Positions 54,027-64,000 of a DNA stretch of 64,000 bases are shown piece after piece. The notes beneath the pieces were generated by a model, which saw only the letters and a program-made list of their open reading frames with translations, was not told where the DNA came from and did no database searches. Within the stretch, counting starts at the first letter, position 1, and every line of letters starts with the position of its first letter. Where the stretch lies: the NCBI RefSeq assembly GCF_009914755.1, contig NC_060929.1; one strand, given 5' to 3'. Both the position numbers and the translations under genes were made by a program. This DNA comes from the human T2T-CHM13v2.0 reference genome, Homo sapiens.

Positions 54027-54329
54027 GTCTGGGCACAGTGGCTCACGCCTGTAATCCCTGCACTTGGGGAGGCTGAGGCGGGAGGTTTACGAGGTCAGGA
54101 GTTCGAGATCAGTCTGACCAACATGGTGAAACTCCGTCTCCACTAAAAACACAAAATTAGCCGGGCGTGGTGGCACATGCCTCTAATCCCAAGCTACTCG
54201 GGAGGCTGAGGCAGGACAATGGCTCTAACCCAGGAGGCGGAGGTTGCAGTGAGCCAAGATCAAGCCATTGCAACCCAGCCTGGGCAACAAGAGGGAAACT
54301 CCAAAAAAAAATAAAAATAAAAATAAAAA
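54027..54329 (+). mobile_element. AluS (Sq/Sp-like)
   Basis: ccattgca...gggcaacaagagggaaactcc. Confidence 0.93.
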
Positions 54330-54585
54330 GGATTAACTCTAGTTGACTCCAAATTTATGCTGCAGCCATACTGGTAACTTCTTAGAAACAGTTAGCAATA
54401 ATCTGTGAAATACTGACGGCCTTGGAAAACAGTTGGACAAAAAAGAAAAAAATCAGCACCTTTGTTAAAAGGAATTTAAAAAAAGAAATATTGGAGACCA
54501 AGGGGAACATTTAATTCACCATAAAATAATTTCATTTTTATTCATTTTGAGCAAAGTTTTTTCAGTTGCATAATACCAAAAGCAA

Positions 54586-54626
<41 letters not shown>
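54586..54626. repeat. (AAT)~13 microsatellite
   Basis: Direct reading. Confidence 0.95.
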
Positions 54627-54628
<2 letters not shown>

Positions 54629-54884
54629 CTTTGTCCTTCATTACCAAAATTCATTCAAATATTACTCACTACATGACAATTTATAGTTTCTAAGGTGGGG
54701 ACATACCTTTCAAACACAAACTGCAATTCTCTTTCACATGTGATTATAAGAAAATTACATCTTTCCATAAATTTAATAATGTTTAGATTACAACGCCTTA
54801 AAAATATGGTCCTATAATCTTCTAGTCTAAGGAACAACAATGAACATTAACAATAGTAGCAACTAAATAAGACAGAGAATTGAG

Positions 54885-55211
<327 letters not shown>

Positions 55212-55989
55212 TTAGTGTTAGAGGCATGCAAAGGATAAATGTTATTTAATGTGGATACAGATTATGAATATTTCATATTCATAAAATTCAGCAAATTGTT
55301 AATATTATTAAGAGTCTAGTTTAGAGATTGTTCCAGAGGTGATTCTGTTTGTGGGTATAAAAAAATTACTGTATGTTAAAAATTAAATGCAGTTTTTAAT
55401 TTTTATCATATTGCTGCCTCCCAGGCAGCCACAACATTTTGTTATCATTGTATATTTTTCATTGTAGTAGCCAAATTATCATGTTAAACACTACCTATAT
55501 AGAAATGCTATCTGTAGTATTTCAGTCTATGTATTAACTAATATTGTCAAATAAAGTCATGGTTTAGAAATGTTTAGAAATGTTAGAAAAATCTAGAAAT
55601 GTTATGAAAAAAGTTTGACAAATGCATCTAAATAATCTTTTCTCTCCTATGAACAGAACATTCAGAGTATTTTTACCACAGAAAAGATAGAATCATTCTG
55701 TCTCATCATTCTTAACAGAAACACACATGGAAGAAACTTCAATTTCTTATACGACTAAAGAGAAGACATTTTATTCAAATTCTGTCTTAACTATACATAT
55801 AGTACATTTGGACTTGACTATTCATATGTCATTATTTAAGAAATGATAATCCAATTCAATTATAATTTTATTATTTATTCTGAAATATATATTATTTAAC
55901 AAATGGAAGGAGTCCTATAAATCATCTAGCCTAATAATATTGGTTTATCTATAAGAAAGTCCAAAATCTTAAGTCACTTTTATAAGGCC

Positions 55990-56258
55990 ATCTTAGCCCA
56001 TTAGGGCTCCTATAACAAACCATCATAGACTAGGTAGCTTACAAACAACAGAAATTTATTTCTTACAGTTCTGGAGGCTGGGAAGTCCAAGATTTCAGCA
56101 TCCTCTTTTAGGTTGCAGCATCCTCACTGTGTCCTCATGTGGAACATTTCCCATAATCGTCTCTCAAAAGGCCCCACTTTCTAATATTATCAGCTTGGTG
56201 ATTAATATTTTAACATAGAAATATGGGGGGAGCAGGGTACAACATTTAGATCCCAGAA
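55990..56258 (-). mobile_element. MST/MLT1A-type LTR with internal deletions
   Basis: caacagaaatttatttcttacagttctggaggctgggaagtccaagat...aaaggccccactttctaata. Confidence 0.8.
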
Positions 56259-56444
56259 AAGTTAATTAGTGGTGCAGGATTGGAAACAGACCTCTTAATT
56301 TCTAACTGAGAAAATAAAATTAGATGTTTTGGAATCTGAACATTACATGTGTAAGAGCTAATGAGTAGAAGACAGGCTACTGGATCATAAATTCATGTGA
56401 AACACAAAAAGTCTCTGTGACATTGTTACCTACTGATGGGAGAT

Positions 56445-56943
56445 TGTGGTAGGCACTGGTACCGCCCCCCAATAAACAAGATGTCCATGTGCTAATCCTT
56501 GTCATCTATGAATATGCCATGTTACATGATGAAGAAGGCATTAAGATTGCAAATAGAACTAAGGTTACTAATCAGCTTATCTTGAAACAGAGTGATTATC
56601 TTGGATTATCTGAGTGGGCAAATGTAATGGCAAAGTGTCCCTGAGAGACGTAAGAAAGAGAACCAGGGAAATGCCAGTGTGCGAACTAGATTCACCTTGC
56701 TGGCTTTGAGGATGCTGCAAGGTTGCCACAGATCAGTAAATGCAGGTGGCATCCAGCAGCTGGAAAGGCTGGTAAAAAGATCTTCTCCTCTGGAAGGAGA
56801 AAAGCCCTGCTGACATCCTGATTTTAGCCCAGTGAGATCCACTTTGGACTTCTGACCTCCATACGATAAGACAATCAATTTGTGCTGTGTTAAGCCACTA
56901 TGTTAGAGGTGATTTATTAAACCACCAACAGAAAATTAAGACA
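56445..56943 (+). mobile_element. MLT1D MaLR solo LTR
   Basis: tgtggtaggc...attttagcccagtgaga...ttaagccacta...aattaagaca; perfect TSD gagat (56440-56444 / 56944-56948). Confidence 0.92.
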
Positions 56944-58519
56944 GAGATGAAAGAAAAGTTGAATTAGAAGTAACTGAGAGGTTTTTAACTGAAGTAATTG
57001 GCAGAAAAATGAAAGAGGCAGAAAATATAGAAGAGGTCTTGAGAGATAAATGTCTTAGCATTTTCAGTTTGAGAAAAAGAAGGATGATTAAAATAGAAAC
57101 CTTCAATAGAAAATAAGTTTAAATAGGTATTAAACTCAGACACGGGCATTGGAAGTGGAATCTAGGTTTAGTCCTTTTAAATATTAATATGGAGGTGACA
57201 GCTGAAGTCTCAAGGTAGTACTTCTTTAAAGGAAGGAGAAAAAAATAGGAGAAACAGGGCATCTGATCATAGGCCAAGAGCCAGAGGTAGATATCTATAT
57301 CATCAATATCTATCTGTCTGTATCTCCACCTTTCTCTCTCTCATAGATCTAGCTATTAGCTGCATATGAGATCATGTGCTATTCCCAACAACATAAAAGC
57401 ATGATAATAATTTTTCTAATTTAAATTTTAGTTAGAATTTTAATTTCTAATAAATTATTATTTGACCATATTCCTAAAATGAAGCCACCATGCTCACCCA
57501 TGACATTCATCTTAAATTAGAAGACCTGCAAACAGCCTAAATTGAACCCCTCTGTGATTTTATAATTGAAAGTGAATGTCTTATCAAGACTTGTCTAGAC
57601 TTTTAGCATGTATGATGCTAAATTGACCTTTATGTAATCAGCACAGCATGCTAACCTTAGCTCTATGCATTTTCCTACTGTATCTGGATGTACTAGAATG
57701 TCCATGAATCTAAGTCCTGAGCAGCCTCTTTTCTAGATATAGCTTGTATTGCTTAATATTTGTGCTCTATGTCCCTGAACAATTAGTTTTTTACTAATTA
57801 GACTTTGACAAAGATTTTATTTCAGAAGAATCAGACAAAAACACAGTTTATTTATTATTTGGAGGAGACTGTATCAACATATAAATCTTGGAAATTTTTG
57901 TAAGTGAACAATTAAGATCTGCTTAGAATAACAAAAATCAAAGCTGAATAGGCATGTAGTTTGGCTAAGTTTATATTTATAAATGGCAATTAGAAGAAAA
58001 TGTTGAAGTTAACATTTTTGTTTAACACATTTTGTGAAATAGCTTTTTAGCTAACAAACAAGACCTGTTTTATACACACAGTGAAACCAAACCACACTTT
58101 AATAGAATGATGCCTCCCTTAAAAACATTAATCTATAGAATTAGTAGGGATTATTGCACTAACATGCTTATATTTTTCATATAGGAAACGGAACCTAGAG
58201 ATGATTCAGAGTTTGTTCTTTTGAGAATTGAAACTTAAAATCAAAGTAATATCAAACAAAATGGCTTTCAAATATATTAAGGCATGCTCTTTAATGTATT
58301 GAAATATAGAAACTTGAATTATATTTAAAATTTGTTTTGAGGTGGGAAGATTTTTCAGTGAGTGGTCAGGCAAGCAATTGCTTTCACACTGAACACTAAG
58401 GAAAGATTATAATACAAAGGTCTTCAGTTATGTGACAATAACTTGGAATCAATGATGGTTGAAATGACATTTGGTTTTCCATCTTCATTAAAAAGAAAGC
58501 ATGAAAAGATTATATATTT

Positions 58520-58765
58520 TTAGTATAGCAAAATGAAAAACAGCATAGGTATAGAGATATACTAACGTGGGTTTGAAACACAGCAAAGGCATTTATTGTC
58601 TGTGCAATCTTCAAAATCATGGTCAGCATGTATTTTATCATCTGTAAAAAAGGCTTATAAAACCTACTCCATCCACTTATTATAAATTAAATAATGAAAT
58701 AAATATAATTAATTTAATAAACCTGTCATAGTGTCAAACATACAGTTAATGCTATTACTATCATT
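58520..58765 (+). mobile_element. MIR relic
   Basis: gtgggtttgaaa...tcatctgtaaaa...aattaaataa...catagtgtcaaacatacag. Confidence 0.65.
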
Positions 58766-60170
58766 ACATAAATGATCACTTTCAAAATGTATTTGTCTTT
58801 ATTGATCATATATATATTCATGTGAAGTGTATGCATGAGAATGCTAAAATATAATATTAACATTTAAAATATATTTAACTATATCAATGTAATTCACCTA
58901 TTAAATTATTGTAATGATATTCTGAAAATTCTTACGCAGATTGAAAATGTGCCTGCCTTAAAATATGCTCCTTTTGTGAAGAGACTTTAGTTGTCAGGGA
59001 TATTATTTGACTGCTTTTACTAGAGCAAACAGAGTATTAAACATATCCACTCTTATCTGAGGCTTTAGGAAAGGACAGATTCTTCCTGTCACCTAGAGTC
59101 TGATCACTATTTAGGAAAAAAAAAAAGTTTAAGCAGGACATTGGGTTAGCAGAAAGACTGTGATACTTCACTGGCTTTACTCAAATCTCAAATTGGCAAG
59201 ATCAACTAGGGCAGCAGACAAACACTAATAGAGCAAGAGAGAATGACTGAGTTCAGGTTTGAGGTGCCAAATTAAATCAATCCATGACTGCTACCAAGAG
59301 GAACAGCAGAAAATAATCAGAGGGATAACACAATCTGGGTTTTAACTGCTGTTTTGATACCCTATTTAAGGTGATATCTAACTTACTGTAGCCTCCATCT
59401 CAAATGATTTTAAGTGTTACTATCAATAATCAGTTTGGTTTCATAAGGCTGAATTTAGTTTGGGGGTAAAATGCCGTGTATTTCAAAGCATCGCCATCTT
59501 ATGGTGATAACCTAGAACTACATCTGAGAGTCTTCCTTATCAATGTTACACCTAGTTACACCGAGCATGAACTCACAAATACTATAAGCAGGAGAGACAA
59601 AACCCTTTGGCAAAATAATGTTTTTACTTAATATTGTTGCATACGCATAAAAAATTCATTTTTTCTTTCAAAATACATTTAAATAGATATAATTGCTTTC
59701 CTACCTGAAGGTACAGATGTGCAATATATTGAGGATGAGTTATTAGATATGAAAAGCTGAGGGGGAGGAGTTAGCTAAACTAAAGAGTAGACTAAATCAC
59801 ATAAACATCTTTTATCCAGATGTGGAATGTGGAGATCAATAATCCCTTGTTGTTTTCTACTATGTATTTTTGAAACTAATTTAACTATGTATGCCCGACT
59901 GCATAATTCTACAGAAGACAAGGGTCTTTTTGTTTTTTTCTACTCCATACAGTCTCTTGTACTTTCTAAGTGATCAAATATATCTATTAGAAAATGTCTA
60001 TGTATTCTCTACTGACATTCACACTGTCGGACACCATTAAACAAAAATCACTAGAGAAACACATGGCCTCAAATTTGGTGTCATGATAAATATATGTTTT
60101 TGTCTTTCAATGAGATCTTCAATGTTTTATCTCAATTCTTATAGATTGGTTTGGCCGGTTCTTTCTCCCA

Positions 60171-63100
60171 TTTTCTATTTTTTTCTTGATTTCTTCTAAA
60201 AAAATGATACTTGTGAAGGTTTGTTACATAGGTCTACGTGTGCCATGGTGGTTTGCTGCACCTATTGGCCCGTCCTCTAAGTTCCCTACCCTTACCCCCA
60301 ACCCCTAAACAGGTCCTGGTGTGTGTATTTCCCCTCTCTGTGCCCATGTGTTCTCAATTTTCAACTCCCACTTATGAATAAGAACATGTGGTGTTTGGTT
60401 TTCTGTTCCTGTGTTAGTTTGCTGAGGATGATGACTACCAGATTCATCCATATCCCTGAAAAGGACATGATCTCATTGCTTTTTATGGCTGCATAGTATT
60501 CCATGGTGTATATTACCACATTTTCTTTATCCAGTCTATCACTGATGGGCATTTGGGTTGGTTCCAAGGCTTTGCTATTGTAAATACTGATGCAATAAAC
60601 ATATATATGCATGTGTCTTTATAGTACAATGATTTATATTCCCATGGGTATATACCCAGTAATGGGATTGCTGGGTCAAATGGTATTTCTGGTTCTAGAT
60701 CCATAAGGAATTGCCATACTGTCTTCCACAATGGTTGAACTAATTTACATTCCCACTAACAGTGTAAAAGCGTTCTTATTTCTCCACAGCCTCACCAGCA
60801 TCTATTGTTTCTTGACGTTTAAAAATAATCGCCATTCTGACTGGCAAGAGATGGTATCTCATTGTGGTTTTGATTTGCATTTTTCTGAGGATCCGTGTTG
60901 TTGAGCTTTTTTTCATATGTTTGTTGGAGGTGTAAATGCTTCTTTTAAGGAGTGTCTGTTCATATCCTTTGCCCACTTATTGATAGGGTTGTTTGATTTT
61001 TCTTGTAAATATGTTTAAGTTCCTTCTAAATTCTGGATATTAGACCTTTGTCAGATGGGTAGATTGCAAAAATGTTCTCCCATTCTTTAGGTTGCCTGTT
61101 CACACTGATGATAGTTCCTTTTGCTGTGCAGAGGCTCTTTAGTTTAATTAGAACCCATCTGTCAATTTGGCTTTTGTTGCAATTGCTTTTGCCGTTTTTG
61201 TCATGAAGTGTTTGCTCATGCCTATGTCCTGAATGGTATTGGCTGGGTTTTCTTCTAGGGTTTTTATGGTTTTGGGTTTTACATTTAAGTCTTTAGTGCA
61301 TCTTGAGTTAAGTTTTGTATAAGGTGTAAGGAAGGGGTCCAGTTTCAGTTTTCTGCATATAGCTACCCAGTTTTCTCAGCACCATTTACTGAATAGGAGA
61401 TCTTTCTCTATTGCTTGTTTTTGTCAGGTTTGTCGAACATCAGATGGTCGTAGATGTGTGATGTTATTTCTGAGGCTTCTGTTTTGCTCCATTGGTCTAT
61501 ATTTCTGTTTTGGTACCAGAACCACGCTGTTTTGGTTACCATAGCCTTGTAGTACAGTTTGAAGTCAGGTAGAGTGATGCCTCCAGCTTTATTCTTTTTG
61601 CTTAGGGTTGTCTTGGCTATACAGTGTCTTCTTTGATTCCACATAAAATTTAAAATAGGTTTTTCCAATTCCATGAAAAATTTCAGTAGTAGTTTCATGG
61701 GAATCGCATTGAATCCATAAATTACTTTGGGCAGTATGGCCATTTTCAATATATTGATTCTTCCTATCCATGAGGGTGGAATGATTTTCTGTTTGTTTGT
61801 ATCCTCTCTTATTTCCTTGAACAGTGGTTTGTAGTTCTCCTTAAAGAGGTCCTTCACATCCCTTGTTTGCTGTACTCTTAGGTATTTTATTCTTTTTGTT
61901 GCAATTGTGAGTGGGAGTTCATTCATGATCTGGCTCTCTGCTGGCCTATTGTTGATGCAAAGGTATGCTTGTGTTTTTGCACATTGATTTTGTATCCTGA
62001 GACTTTGCTGACATTGCTTATCAGTTCAAGAAGTTTTGGGGCCGAGACGATTGGGTTTTCTAAATATAAAATCATGTCATTTGCAAACAGAGACAACTTG
62101 ACTTCCTCTCTTCCTATTTGAATATTTTTATTTATTTCTCTTGCCTCATTGTCCTGGCCAGAACTTCCAATACTGTGTTGAATAGGAGTGGTGAGAGAGG
62201 GCACGCTTGTCTTGTACCCATTTTCAAAGGGAATGTTTTCAGCTTTTTCACATTCAATATGATATTGGTTGTGGGTTTGTCATAAATAGGTCTTATTATT
62301 TTGAGATATGTTCCCTCAATACCTAGTTTATTGAGAGTTTTTAACGTGAATGGATATTGAATTTTATCAAATGCTTTTTCTGCGTCTATTGAGATAATCA
62401 TGTGGTTTTTGTCTTTGGTTCTATTTATGTGATGGATTACATTTATTGGTTTGCATATGTTGAACCAGCCTTGCCTTGCAGGGATAAAGCTGTGGTGGAT
62501 AAGTTTTTTGATGTGCTGCTGGATTTGGCTTGCCAGTATTTCATTTTATTGAGAATTTTCTCATTGATGTTCATCAGGGATATTGGCCTGAAGTTTTCTT
62601 TTTTGTTGTTGTGTATCTTCGCGGTTTTGTTATCAGGATGATGCTGGATTCATAAAATGAGTTAGGGAGAAGTCCCTCCTTTTCAATTGTTTGGAATGAT
62701 TTCACAAGGAATGGTACCAGCTCCTCTTTGTGTTTCTGGTAGAATTCAGCTGTGAATCCATCTGGTCCTGGGCTTTTGTTTTGTTTTGTTTTGTTTGTAT
62801 GCTATTAATCACTGCCTCAATTTCAGAGCTTGTTGTTGGTCTATTCAGGGATTCAACTTCCTGTTTCAGTCTTGGTAGGGTGTATGCCTCCAGGAATTCA
62901 TCCATTTCTTCTATATTTTCTAGAGTATTTGTGTAGAGGTGTTTGTAGTATTCTTTGACAGTAGTTTGCATTTCTGTAGGGTCAGTGGTGATATCCCCTT
63001 TATCATCTTTTATTGGGTCTATTTGATTCTTCTCTTTGTTCTTCTTTGTCTAGTAGTCTATCTTGTTAATTTTTTCAAAAAAAACAGCTCCTGGATTCAT

Positions 63101-64000
63101 TGATTTTTGGAGAGTTTTTAGTGTCTCTATCTCCATCATTCTTCTGTAATCTTAGTTATTTCTTGTTTTCTGCTCACTTTTGGAAATGTTTGCTCTTCCC
63201 TCTCTAGCTCTTCAGGATTGTGAATGTTAGGGGGTCAATTTAGTATCTTTCTAGCTTTCTGGCATGGACATTTAGTGCTACAAATTTTCCTCTTAAGACT
63301 GCCTGTGCTGTGTCCCAGAGATTCTAGTACATTGTCTCTTTGTTCTCATTGGTTTCAAAGAACTTCTTGATCTTAGCCTCAATTTCATTATTTATCTAGA
63401 TGTCATTCAGAAGCAGGTTGTTCAATTTTCATGAAATTGTGTGGTTTTGAGTGAGTTTCTTTATCCTGAGTTCTAATTTTATTGCACTGTGGTCTGAGAG
63501 ACTGTTTTCTACGACTTCAGTTCTTTTGCATTTGCTGAGGAGTGTTTTATTCCAATTATGTGGTCAATTTGAAAATAAGTGCCATGTGGCACTGAGAAGA
63601 ATGTATATTCTGTTGATTTTGGGTAAAGAGTTCTGTAGACATCTACTAGGTACACTTGATCCAGAGCTGAGTTCAAGTCCTGAATATCCTTATTAATTTT
63701 CTGTCTTGTTGGTCTGTCTAATAATGACAATGGAGTGTTAAAATCTCCCACTATTATTATGTGGGAGTCTAAGTCTTTGTAGGTCTCTAAGAACTTGTTT
63801 TATGAATCTGGGTGCTCCTGTATTGGGCACATATATATTTAGAATAGTTGGCTCTTCTTGTTGAATTGTTCCCTTTACCATTATGTAATGCCCTTCTTTG
63901 TCTTTTTTGATCTTTGTTGGTTTAACGTCTGTTTTGTCAGAGACTAGGATTGCAACCGCTGCTTTTTTCTGCTTTCATTTGCTTGGTATATTTTCTTCTA
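60171..64000 (-). mobile_element. L1PA8-like LINE-1 (3'UTR through ORF2 endonuclease; runs off the window), disrupted
   Basis: 3'UTR tttcttctaaaaaaa...ggtttgttacatagg...cccgtcctctaagttcc; ORF2 fragments [19 protein letters not shown]...[22 protein letters not shown] in shifting frames. Confidence 0.97.

Noticed and set aside
55560-55610. Short repeat array (tttagaaatg)n
   Set aside because: Degenerate simple repeat without spacers; not CRISPR-like, and the DNA is primate.
61408-61926. Longest ORF (172 aa) and neighbouring ORFs as a gene or active retrotransposase
   Set aside because: They are frameshifted, stop-interrupted L1 ORF2 pieces; no intact ORF2.

Overview
AT-rich primate (human-like) nuclear DNA with no recognisable protein-coding exon, RNA gene or CpG island. 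Almost everything identifiable is decayed transposable element: about 11 Alus (J, S and Y types); a near full-length old L1 (L1MA4-like, 24.1-31.4 kb) inserted in a MIR; several 5'-truncated or fragmentary L1PA/L1PB copies, including a twin-primed one; two degraded minus-strand ERVL proviruses (LTR16/ERV3-16A3-like at ~4.4-10.6 kb and MLT2/ERVL at ~18.3-23.0 kb), each with nested younger insertions; MaLR solo LTRs (THE1, MLT1A0, MLT1D) with clean 5-bp TSDs; Tigger-type DNA transposons; and L2/L3/MIR relics. The ORF track is explained by L1/ERVL remnants, Alu frames or chance. I found no convincing new biological system. The best unexplained signals are a 235-bp fold-back with 100-bp arms (16028-16262), an Alu carrying an inverted copy of its own target site (4094-4108), an internally scrambled AluJ, and a repeat-free, CpG-retaining candidate regulatory block (~51.7-53.2 kb). 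Subfamily names come from recalled consensus features, not a database search, and boundaries of the old elements are approximate.
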